64,000 nt of DNA, from assembly GCA_937943625.1 (NCBI GenBank), contig CALEAD010000005.1:12630-76629 (forward strand), written 5' to 3'. Under the pieces are notes generated by a model. That model saw only the letters and a list, made by a program, of their open reading frames with translations, was not told the DNA's origin and did not search any database. Below are positions 9,373-17,868 of the stretch, piece by piece. Made by a program: the position numbers and the translations under genes. The first letter of the stretch is position 1; every line of letters starts with the position of its first letter. The stretch is from an uncultured Anaerolineae bacterium. GTDB lineage: Bacteria > Chloroflexota > Anaerolineae > Promineifilales > Promineifilaceae.

Positions 9373-10815
9373 ATGAATGCTATACTGCAACTCATGTCAT
9401 GGATTGTGTACGGGGCTTCTATCCCCTTACGGCCGCTGACCAATTGGGTGAACGGCCGTCCGGAGGTAAAGCGCTGGCTGGCCGTGCTGCGCCTGGGTCT
9501 ATTCCAGTTTGGCGTTGGGCTTTCCCTGGCCCCCGTCACCGGCACACTCAACCGCGTTCTCATAGACGACCTGAACATTGCTGCCGCCGTCGTCGCCCTG
9601 CTCATCTCCCTGCACTACTTCATCTCCCCTGTGCGCGCCATCATCGGCTACCGCTCAGACAAAGACCGCTCACGCGGCAAATGGCGCACTCCTTATATCG
9701 TGCTCGGCGTCATGCTCACCTATGGTGGGCTGGCGTTGGCTCCCTTTGCCCTCATTCTGTTGGGTGGCAACGGCATTTTGCCGTTTTGGGCGGCGCTGAT
9801 CGTTTGCATGGGCATTTTCCTGGCCTATGGCGCGGGCGTCAGCATTGTCGAAACCGTCTACCTGGCGCTGGTCAGCGACATCACGCCACCCAAATCACGC
9901 GGCAAAGTGCTCTCTGTGCTGTGGATGATGCTCATTTTCGGCACCGTCGTCAGCGCCGTCATTGTCAGCCGCCTGCTGGTAGATTACTCGCACGCCTTGC
10001 TCATTCGCGTCATGCAAGGGTCAGCCATTGCCTTCGTCATCCTCACCGTCATCGCCTTGTGGCAGCAAGAGCAGCTCAACCCAGATGGCAGCATCAAATC
10101 AGACCTGCAAACGGTGCGCATTCGCCTCTCCCTGTGGGAATCCATTCGCCTGTTGGGGGAGCAAAAGCTGCTGAAGGGCCTCTTTACCATCATCTTCCTG
10201 GCCACGATGGCCTTTGCCACCCATGACGTGCTGCTGGAGCCGTATGGAGGACAGGTGCTGGGTATGACTGTTTCCGCCACCATGCAGCTCACGGCGTTGT
10301 GGGGCGTGGCCACCATTGTGGGCGTGACGTCTGCGGGGTTGCTGCTGTGGCGTAAGCGCGCGCCTGCCTTTCTCATTGGCCTGGGTTGCACCGTGGGTCT
10401 GATTGGGTTTGCCGTCATTAGCTATGCCAGCGATGCCGCCCTGGTGAATCCCTTCCGCGTGGGTGTGGTGTTGATTAGTATTGGTCGTGGCCTTTTCCTG
10501 GTTAGCAGCGTTATCCTGGTCATGTCGCTGACGGATGTGAGTCATGCCGGGCTGTTTTTGGGTGTGTGGGGCATTGTGCAGGCGATGGCGCAGGGAGTAG
10601 GCACAATTGGCGGCGGCATTGTGCGTGACCTGGTCTTGCATCAGACGGGTAGCGTGGTGTGGGGATATACGGCCGTTTACGGTGGCTCCTTCCTGGTATT
10701 GTTGACGGTCGTGCTGTTACTGGTGTTTCGCCTGGGCAGCAAGCTGCAAGTCAGCGAAATTCGCATGCCCTGGGCTGGCCTGGAAGAAATTCCTGCTGAC
10801 CAGCTTGCCTTTTAA
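9373..10815 (+). CDS. pucC: PucC/LhaA-family (BCD) MFS protein
   Basis: 480 aa with about 12 TM segments. LRLGLFQFGVGLSLAPVTGTLNRVLIDDL ... ISPVRAIIGYRSD is the conserved PucC-family N-terminal signature. Confidence 0.75.
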   Translation: MNAILQLMSWIVYGASIPLRPLTNWVNGRPEVKRWLAVLRLGLFQFGVGLSLAPVTGTLNRVLIDDLNIAAAVVALLISLHYFISPVRAIIGYRSDKDRSRGKWRTPYIVLGVMLTYGGLALAPFALILLGGNGILPFWAALIVCMGIFLAYGAGVSIVETVYLALVSDITPPKSRGKVLSVLWMMLIFGTVVSAVIVSRLLVDYSHALLIRVMQGSAIAFVILTVIALWQQEQLNPDGSIKSDLQTVRIRLSLWESIRLLGEQKLLKGLFTIIFLATMAFATHDVLLEPYGGQVLGMTVSATMQLTALWGVATIVGVTSAGLLLWRKRAPAFLIGLGCTVGLIGFAVISYASDAALVNPFRVGVVLISIGRGLFLVSSVILVMSLTDVSHAGLFLGVWGIVQAMAQGVGTIGGGIVRDLVLHQTGSVVWGYTAVYGGSFLVLLTVVLLLVFRLGSKLQVSEIRMPWAGLEEIPADQLAF

Positions 10816-11030
10816 GGAGTGGAATCTGGCAAAAATCCCGCTGACCGCTGGGCACTGATTTACCAAATCGCATTACACCGGTAACGGACGAAAATGCCAG
10901 TGTCCAATAAGAAGTCTATTCTGTTCGGTGTTCAGATGCCGGGCGTTCGCAAAGTGGCGACTTTCGATTGAGGAAACTCAGGCGCCCGGCGTTATTTCAA
11001 AAAGCACAACTTTTTAACATGGAGGAAAAG

Positions 11031-11516
11031 ATGTCCAACAAATCTCGGCTTATCGTACTCATGCTTTTCGTTGTGGCCTCTCTGGTGCTAACCGGGTGCG
11101 TCGGGGCGTTTGGCGCCAGCAGCGTCGAGACGGTGCAAGGCAATGTGGCGACTACGTCCTTGCAATTCCTTGATCGCTCGGCAAAAGGGCCAGTGTATAA
11201 TATCTCGGTGCAGCTGCCCGATGAGTGGGCGGGTAAAGTAGTGATGCAAAATTTGGGCAATGTGGTTAACTTCCGCGCGGCCGAAACCAATGGCTTTCTT
11301 TTCTCCATTGAGGCGCTTTCTGAGCGGCAGTATTGGAAGGCCTCTGGCAGCTACCCGGCCAGCCAGGTAAATATCATTAATAAAGGTGACACCTATTTTG
11401 TGTATCACCTGCCAGTTGATGCCCATTACTCCGGGCTGGCTCCTGATGTCTTTGCCGCTTATGCCGCGGCCGTACCGGACGTAATCGCCAGCTTTACGGC
11501 CACAGCAGCCAGGTAA
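11031..11516 (+). CDS. Lipoprotein of unknown function inside the bch cluster
   Basis: GGAGG 5 nt upstream of ATG 11031. Signal peptide with lipobox LTGC. No recognisable domain. Confidence 0.55.
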   Translation: MSNKSRLIVLMLFVVASLVLTGCVGAFGASSVETVQGNVATTSLQFLDRSAKGPVYNISVQLPDEWAGKVVMQNLGNVVNFRAAETNGFLFSIEALSERQYWKASGSYPASQVNIINKGDTYFVYHLPVDAHYSGLAPDVFAAYAAAVPDVIASFTATAAR

Positions 11517-11530
11517 GGCGTTGGTTTTGC

Positions 11531-11650
11531 GAGACTCATGAGGGGGGCACACCACCACGAACGAAAACGTCACGCAGGCTACCAAACCCGCACGCATCAG
11601 GTTTGGTAACCTGGGCTACACTTACAGACGGCCGTCGGCAGTCGGCGGTC
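11531..11650 (+). repeat. Composite spacer repeat, copy A
   Basis: GAGACTCATGAGGGGGGCACACCACCACGAACGAAAACGTCACGCAGGC, then the hairpin TACCAAACC-N11-GGTTTGGTA (11580-11608), then three GGCNGTC heptamers. About 90% identical to copy B over roughly 57 nt. Confidence 0.7.
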
Positions 11651-11671
11651 ATTTTTAAGGGAGGCATTGCC

Positions 11672-11794
11672 ATGAACGTTACATTTTTAGAGCAGATATT
11701 GAATTTCCCCTTAGTAGTAATGCTTATCTTAGTGGTAGCAATGTTTTTACCACTCCTGTACAGCGTGTGGAAAACCTATAACGCTGAGAAGTAA
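11672..11794 (+). CDS. 40-aa single-TM peptide immediately upstream of bchI
   Basis: AAGGGAGG 7 nt upstream of ATG 11672. The peptide MNVTFLEQILNFPLVVMLILVVAMFLPLLYSVWKTYNAEK has no His, so it is not an LH antenna-type peptide. Its stop lies 3 nt before the bchI ATG. Confidence 0.35.
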   Translation: MNVTFLEQILNFPLVVMLILVVAMFLPLLYSVWKTYNAEK

Positions 11795-11797
11795 CGG

Positions 11798-13162
11798 ATG
11801 TTATTGTCGCCAAAGACGCAAGCAGCACAATATCCGGTTACCGCACAGCAGCGACAGGGAAAACCAGTTTTTCCATTCACGGCCATTGTTGGCCAGGAAG
11901 AGCTGAAGCTGTCGCTGCTTTTGTGCGTGACCGACCCGACGATTGGTGGGGTGTTGGTCATGGGGCACCGCGGCACGGCCAAGAGTACGGCCGTGCGCTC
12001 GCTAGCCGCCCTTTTGCCTCCTATTCAGCAGGTGGTGGGCTGCCCCTACAACTGCGATCCCGCCGACCCGTCTCCCATTTGCCCTTACTGCACCACGCAC
12101 CCCGAAGCGGCCGTGCAGGCGACGCTGGGGCCTGTGCCGGTCGTAGATTTGCCCCTGGGCGCAACGGAAGACCGCCTCGCCGGTTCGCTAGACGTGGAGC
12201 GGGCGCTGGTGGAAGGGGTGCAGGCTTTTGCCCCTGGCCTGCTGGCGCGCGCCAATCGCGGCTTCCTCTACATTGACGAGGTGAACCTGTTGGAAGACCA
12301 CCTGGTAGATTTGCTGCTAGACGTAGCTGCCAGTGGCGTAAACGTGGTGGAGCGCGAAAGTATCAGCATTCGCCATCCGGCGCGCTTTGTGCTGGTGGGT
12401 AGTGGCAACCCGGAAGAGGGTGACCTGCGCCCGCAGCTTTTGGATCGCTTTGGCCTGCACGCGCGCATCACCACCATCACCAACGTGGAAAAGCGCGTAG
12501 AGATTGTGCGCCGCCGCCGCGCCTTTGATGCCGATCCGGTGGCTTTTGCCGCCGCCTGGGAGCCAGAGCAAGAGAAGTTGCGCCAGCAGCTTTTGCAGGC
12601 GCAGCAGCAGGTGCGCTACGTTGAATTGACGGACGAAACGATTGAAACGGCCGCTCACCTTTGCGTGCTCCTGGCGATTGACGGTCACCGTGGCGAGTTG
12701 ACGCTGTGCCGCGCTGCCGTGGCCCTGGCGGCGTTGGAAGGGCGCACGGCCACCACGCCGGACGATATTGCCCGCGTGGCCACGCTTTCTTTGCAGCACC
12801 GCCTGCGCAAAGACCCGTTGGAGAGCATCGGCGACGATGAGCGCGTGCGTCGCGCTGTGGCGCAGCTTTTGGCGACGCCTGAGGCGTTGCCTGAAATGCC
12901 GCCTTCCCTCCCACCAACGCCCCCTTCCCCGCCAGCGCCCCCTGTGCTGCCACCGGCTCCCGTGCCGGAGACGGTAACCGCTATTGCGCCGCCGCCTGCG
13001 CCGCTTGTTGATGTGGAAACGGCCGTTGCCCTGCCCCACTTCAGCGACAGCCTGCCCGAAGAAGCGCTGGCCGACCTGCTGGTAGAAGCTGCGCCGGACG
13101 AAACGACCCTCGATGACGAATTTGACGAGCTGTGGCATGATGGAGCAAAGGTGAGCGATTAG
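11798..13162 (+). CDS. bchI: Mg-chelatase ATPase subunit I with Pro-rich/acidic C-terminal tail
   Basis: FPFTAIVGQEELKLSLLL..GGVLVMGHRGTAKST Walker A and LYIDEVNLL Walker B. At 454 aa it is about 90 aa longer than a typical BchI core. Confidence 0.85.
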   Translation: MLLSPKTQAAQYPVTAQQRQGKPVFPFTAIVGQEELKLSLLLCVTDPTIGGVLVMGHRGTAKSTAVRSLAALLPPIQQVVGCPYNCDPADPSPICPYCTTHPEAAVQATLGPVPVVDLPLGATEDRLAGSLDVERALVEGVQAFAPGLLARANRGFLYIDEVNLLEDHLVDLLLDVAASGVNVVERESISIRHPARFVLVGSGNPEEGDLRPQLLDRFGLHARITTITNVEKRVEIVRRRRAFDADPVAFAAAWEPEQEKLRQQLLQAQQQVRYVELTDETIETAAHLCVLLAIDGHRGELTLCRAAVALAALEGRTATTPDDIARVATLSLQHRLRKDPLESIGDDERVRRAVAQLLATPEALPEMPPSLPPTPPSPPAPPVLPPAPVPETVTAIAPPPAPLVDVETAVALPHFSDSLPEEALADLLVEAAPDETTLDDEFDELWHDGAKVSD

Positions 13163-13361
13163 AGATGAGCGATTTTGACATGGTTTACGATACGCTAGAA
13201 GGATGCTTTATAATTTTTTAACGGCCGACGGCAGACCGCCTATCACTGACAAAATCGCGATCGGTCGTCGGCCGTCTGTGGTCTAATTTCTCAAGAGAGT
13301 TTGCCCCACGTCCTAAACCTTTAGCATCCAATTTTGGGGTGAGCCAAACGGAGTGGAGAAA

Positions 13362-16300
13362 ATGAGCGTAAAGATGCTGTATGTGACCATGGATGGCGGC
13401 CACAATGCCGCCTTGCGTGAGGCAGTACGGCAAATAGAGCAGACGCACGGCATTTCAATTCAACTGGCGCTGCACACCGCGCCTGCCCTGCGTGACCCGG
13501 CGATGTGGCAAAAGCTGGAGCAAGACGCCATGCAGGCCGACTTTATCTTCGGCTGCATGATCTTTGGCGAAGAGTTCGTGCGCCCCATGCAGGACATCCT
13601 GGCAAAGACCAACGCCCCCATTTGCTTTATCACCAGCAATCCGGCACTGATCTACATGACGCGCCTGGGCAAATTTGTGCTGGCCCCCAAAAATGAAGAC
13701 AAAGAGCCGGGTCTGGTCTCGAAGTGGATGCAAAAGCTGCGGCCAAAGAGCAACGGCCGTTCCGAAGGCCACCGCCAGACTTCGATGATTACCAATCTGA
13801 CGAAGCTGATGAAATACGTGCCCGGCAAAGTACGCGACCTGCACACCTTCATCGCCTGCCACGAATTTTGGCTGCACAGCTCCCCAGACAACCTAGCGCG
13901 CATGATGATGATGTTCATCGAGCGCTACGTGCCCGGCTATCAGGGCAAGCTGCCCGTCCTGGACGCCATTCAATACCCCAACGCCGCCCTCTACCACCCC
14001 GATGCCCCCGCCCCCTTTTCAGACGGCGCCGAATACCGTCGCTGGCGCGCGCAGAACGGCCGTCCCGTTGAATCGTGGCAGGGTTCTGTTGGCATCCTCA
14101 TCCACCGCGCCGTCATCCTCAGCGGTAATACCGCCCACCTGGATACGCTCATCCGCAAACTTGAGGCACAGGGCATCGAGGCCCGCACCAGCTACAGCGC
14201 CCTGCTTGATTTTCGTCCCTCAATGCAAAAATTCTTTGCCGGCAATGATGGGCTGCCCCATGTAGACCTGGTGATGAACGGCATGGGCTTTCCTCTGGTA
14301 GGTGGCCCCGCCGGCAGTCGCCCCGACGACGCCAGCGCTGCCCTCAAAGACCTGGACGTAGGTTATTTTGACCTGGTTCCGCTCACCTTCCAGCATGAAG
14401 ACCACTGGCGCGGTAGCGACGTAGGGTTGCTTCCCATGCAAGCCGCCATGAACATTGCCCTGCCAGAACTAGATGGCGCCGTCGAGCCGGTCATCTATGG
14501 CGGCCCTGCGGCCGGGCGCGACAAATTCTTGCCCATGGAACCAGAGCTGACATTGGTAGCGCAGCGGGTGACGCGCCGCGTGCGCCTGCGGCACAAAGCC
14601 AACGCGCAAAAGAAAATCGCTATCGTCCTCTTTAACTTTCCCCCTAACCTGGGTAACGCCGGTACGGCCATGTATCTGGACGTTTTCCAAAGCCTCTATC
14701 GCCTGCTGGTCGAGATGCGCGACGCCGGTTACCAGATTGCCCTGCCCCCTGATGCTGACGCGCTGCGGCAGCAAGTGGTCGAAGGCAACGCCCTGCAATA
14801 TGGCACTGATGGCAATGTCGCTGAGCACCTTTCCCTGGAAGATTACCGCCGCCTCTTCCCCCACTACACAGAAATTGAGCCGTATTGGGGCTATGCTCCC
14901 GGCGAACTGCTGAACGATGGGCAGCGCTTTTACATTTTGGGGCAGCATTTTGGCAACGTCTTTATTGGCATTCAGCCCAGCTTTGGTTATGAGCGTGACC
15001 CGATGCGCCTGCTGATGGGCAAGGATGCCGCGCCGCATCATGGTTTTGCTGCTTTTTACACCTGGCTGGATCAGATGTACGACGCCGATGCCGTCATCCA
15101 TTTTGGCACGCACGGCGCGCTGGAATTTATGCCGGGCAAGCAGAATGGTGTCAGCGCCAACTGTTGGCCGCACCGCCTGCTGGGGCGCACGCCTAACTTT
15201 TATTACTATTGTGTGAACAACCCCAGCGAAGGTTCAATTGCGCGGCGGCGCGGTGCAGCCACGCTGGTAAGCTACATGACGCCGCCGCTGCAGCAGGCCG
15301 GGCTGTATAAAGGGCTGCGCCGCCTGAAAGACAGCCTGGAGGCGTATCACAAACGGCCGTCGCCCGAACTCGTCGCAGACATTCAGACGCAGGCAGAAAA
15401 GCTGGGCATTCACGTGTCGGTGGATGGCTACAGCGGCGGCAGCTTGAATGGGCACACCGAGGCCTACATTGCCGCCCTGGGCCACGAACTGATCCAGGTG
15501 GAGCACCGCATGATTCCCCTGGGGCTGCACATCTTGGGCGCGCCCCCCAGCGAAGATGAGCTGGTGGATATTCTGGCGCTGGTGGCTGCCTTTAACCCGG
15601 TGAAGCACCCGCAGCGCGAGGCGATGCTGCCCACGCTGCCGGCGCTGATTGCGCGCGGCCTGGGCTACGACTTCCAAACTTTGCAAGAAAGCGTGAAGAC
15701 GGACGCCGCCGCGCAAGAACGTTGGCAGCAAATTGAAGCGATCATCCACGAGGCGATGCGCCTGTTTGTAAACGCCGCCAAAGAGACCCCCTTGCAGACA
15801 ACGGCCGTTGACGAATTCTTGCAGCGGTCGGCGCGCATTCCCCCTGGCCTGCTGGCAAACCTGTGGCGCTGGCTGGCCGACCTGATGAACCGCATCATTC
15901 ACGACCGCGAGGTAGAAGGGCTGCTACACGTGCTAGAAGGTGGCTACATTTTGCCCTCCCCCGGCAACGACGTGGTGCGCAACGACGCCATTGTGCCCAC
16001 CGGGCGCAACATCCACGCCCTGGACCCCTACCGCGTGCCCACCCCAGCCGCCATGACTGCTGCCCATGCCCTGGTGCGCCAGATGTTGCAACGCCTGACG
16101 GCCGAACAAGGCAGCCTGCCGGAAACCATTGCCATGGTGCTGTGGGGTACGGATAATCTGAAAAGCGACTGCGAGGGCGTGGCGCAATGCTTTGATCTGC
16201 TGGGCGTGCGCCCGGTAGAAGATGAGCTGGGCAACATTTCCCGCGTCGCGCTCATCCCCCTGGCCGAGTTGGGACGGCCGCGCATAGACATTGTGATGAC

Positions 16301-17189
16301 CCTCAGCGGCATCTTCCGTGACCTGTTCCACCACCAGACAGAGCTGCTGGACCAGGCGGTGCGCCTGGCCGCCATGGCCGACGAGCCGCTGGAGATGAAT
16401 TTTGTGCGCAAGCACGCCCTGGCGCAGGCCAAAGAGCTGAACCTTTCCCTCAGCGAGGCGGCCACGCGCGTCTTTTGCAATGCGCCCGGCTCCTACGGCG
16501 CCAACGTCAACCACCTGGTGGAAAGCTCTACCTGGGAGACGGATGACCAGATTAGCGACACCTTCCTCTCGCGCAAATCCTTTGCCTACGGCCCCAGCGG
16601 CGAGTGGCGCGGCGCGCGCGAAATCATGGAGCGTAGCCTGGCAACGGTAGAAGCGACCTTCCAGAACATTGACAGCTTTGAGCTGGGCATCAGTGACGTA
16701 GATCATTATTACGAGTACCTGGGTGGCGTGGCGAAGAGTGTGGAGAAGCTGCGGGGGAAACGGCCGTCTGTGCTGGTAGCCGACGCCATTTCTCTGGAAG
16801 ACCGCCTGGCCTCGCTAGAACAAATGGTGCGCCTGGAATCGCGCGCCAAGCTGCTCAACCCCAAGTGGCACGAGGCGATGCTGCATCACGGTTACGAGGG
16901 CGTGCGCGAAATCGAGCTGCGCGTAAACAACACCTACGGCTGGAGCGCCACTACCGAGGCGGTAGAAGGCTGGGTGTACGAAGACATTGCCGAGACCTTC
17001 TTGCTGGACGAGGAGATGCGCGCGCGCATGGCGAAGGCCAATCCCCACGCCACCGCTGGCATTGCCCGCCGTCTGTTGGAAGCCAATTCGCGCGGCTTCT
17101 GGGACGCCAGCGACGAGCTGATTGCGCAACTGCGCGAAATTTACGGCAACCTGGAAGACCAGCTAGAGGGTATCCACAGCCCGGCATAA
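13362..17189 (+). CDS. bchH: Mg-chelatase subunit H (CobN family)
   Basis: About 1275 aa with CobN/BchH-type sequence throughout. GGAG 8 nt upstream of ATG 13362; the track ORF begins at GTG 13353. Confidence 0.9.
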   Translation: MSVKMLYVTMDGGHNAALREAVRQIEQTHGISIQLALHTAPALRDPAMWQKLEQDAMQADFIFGCMIFGEEFVRPMQDILAKTNAPICFITSNPALIYMTRLGKFVLAPKNEDKEPGLVSKWMQKLRPKSNGRSEGHRQTSMITNLTKLMKYVPGKVRDLHTFIACHEFWLHSSPDNLARMMMMFIERYVPGYQGKLPVLDAIQYPNAALYHPDAPAPFSDGAEYRRWRAQNGRPVESWQGSVGILIHRAVILSGNTAHLDTLIRKLEAQGIEARTSYSALLDFRPSMQKFFAGNDGLPHVDLVMNGMGFPLVGGPAGSRPDDASAALKDLDVGYFDLVPLTFQHEDHWRGSDVGLLPMQAAMNIALPELDGAVEPVIYGGPAAGRDKFLPMEPELTLVAQRVTRRVRLRHKANAQKKIAIVLFNFPPNLGNAGTAMYLDVFQSLYRLLVEMRDAGYQIALPPDADALRQQVVEGNALQYGTDGNVAEHLSLEDYRRLFPHYTEIEPYWGYAPGELLNDGQRFYILGQHFGNVFIGIQPSFGYERDPMRLLMGKDAAPHHGFAAFYTWLDQMYDADAVIHFGTHGALEFMPGKQNGVSANCWPHRLLGRTPNFYYYCVNNPSEGSIARRRGAATLVSYMTPPLQQAGLYKGLRRLKDSLEAYHKRPSPELVADIQTQAEKLGIHVSVDGYSGGSLNGHTEAYIAALGHELIQVEHRMIPLGLHILGAPPSEDELVDILALVAAFNPVKHPQREAMLPTLPALIARGLGYDFQTLQESVKTDAAAQERWQQIEAIIHEAMRLFVNAAKETPLQTTAVDEFLQRSARIPPGLLANLWRWLADLMNRIIHDREVEGLLHVLEGGYILPSPGNDVVRNDAIVPTGRNIHALDPYRVPTPAAMTAAHALVRQMLQRLTAEQGSLPETIAMVLWGTDNLKSDCEGVAQCFDLLGVRPVEDELGNISRVALIPLAELGRPRIDIVMTLSGIFRDLFHHQTELLDQAVRLAAMADEPLEMNFVRKHALAQAKELNLSLSEAATRVFCNAPGSYGANVNHLVESSTWETDDQISDTFLSRKSFAYGPSGEWRGAREIMERSLATVEATFQNIDSFELGISDVDHYYEYLGGVAKSVEKLRGKRPSVLVADAISLEDRLASLEQMVRLESRAKLLNPKWHEAMLHHGYEGVREIELRVNNTYGWSATTEAVEGWVYEDIAETFLLDEEMRARMAKANPHATAGIARRLLEANSRGFWDASDELIAQLREIYGNLEDQLEGIHSPA

Positions 17190-17204
17190 GCCGTGGTTTT
17201 GCCC

Positions 17205-17239
17205 GGAGAGTGGAGAGTGGAGATTGATTGGGTTGGTTG
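17205..17239. repeat. Tandem heptamer array, GGAGAGT/GGAGATT then TTGGTTG
   Basis: Units are GGAGAGT GGAGAGT GGAGATT GATTGGG TTGGTTG. It lies just after the bchH stop. Confidence 0.85.
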
Positions 17240-17315
17240 TTAAGGAGATGAATCCGTCTTCATCCGTTCCAACCGGCGTTCATCTGTGGACTATTATTTA
17301 CGGAGTGAGGTGGAA

Positions 17316-17840
17316 ATGAGTACAAATTACAATCGCGTGGCACAAATTTTGCACTGGCTGAGCGCGCTGCTAATCATTGGCCTGGCGCTGGGTGGCCTGG
17401 TGATGGTGCGCTTGGCAGACTCGGTCGCTCTGAAGACGACGATGTACCGCACGCACGCCTTTATGGGCACAACGGTGCTGCTGCTGACGCTTGCGCGCAT
17501 CGTGTGGATTTTTGTGGGCAAACGGCCGTCGCCCCTGCCCATGCCCCGCTGGGAACAACTTGCCTTCACCTGGAACCACCGCCTGCTGTACGTGATTATC
17601 CTGGCCATGACCTTCAGTGGCATTGGCATGTTGGCACTCAGCGGCGTCAGCCTGCCGCCAACGACGCTCACCCCGGCTGACATTCAAGACGTAGCGCCGC
17701 GCGCCGGTCACAGTCTCTTCTCTAAGGTGTTTATTGCCCTGTTTATCATGCACGTGGCCGGCGTTTTTTATTACCAGTTCAGCAAGGGGGACACCCTGGG
17801 GCGCATGGGCGTTACCTGGCTGCGCAGTAAGAAAGCATGA
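17316..17840 (+). CDS. Cytochrome b561-family membrane protein
   Basis: 174 aa with 4 TM segments. Has the N-terminal VAQILHWLSALLIIGL His motif and further TM His residues (HAFMG, WNHRL, MHVAG), typical of the CybB/Ni_hydr_CYTB family. Confidence 0.6.
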   Translation: MSTNYNRVAQILHWLSALLIIGLALGGLVMVRLADSVALKTTMYRTHAFMGTTVLLLTLARIVWIFVGKRPSPLPMPRWEQLAFTWNHRLLYVIILAMTFSGIGMLALSGVSLPPTTLTPADIQDVAPRAGHSLFSKVFIALFIMHVAGVFYYQFSKGDTLGRMGVTWLRSKKA

Positions 17841-17868
17841 GGATAAGTGAAACGAACGAGGTTAATCA

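Noticed and set aside
11538-11609. A conserved ATG inside the composite repeat (GAGACTYATG...) suggested a family of micro-ORFs. Copy A would give MRGAHHHERKRH..., copy B MCGHTTTNENVTQ... and copy C MRGCTPTNEKCQQ.
   Set aside because: Indels shift the reading frame between copies, the predicted peptides end at different points, and there is no SD. Conservation is at the nucleotide or structure level, not the coding level.
13175-13214. Perfect TTGACA (13175-13180) and TATAAT (13209-13214) hexamers upstream of bchH.
   Set aside because: They are 28 nt apart, far outside the 16-19 nt spacing of a sigma70-type promoter. They are probably coincidental.
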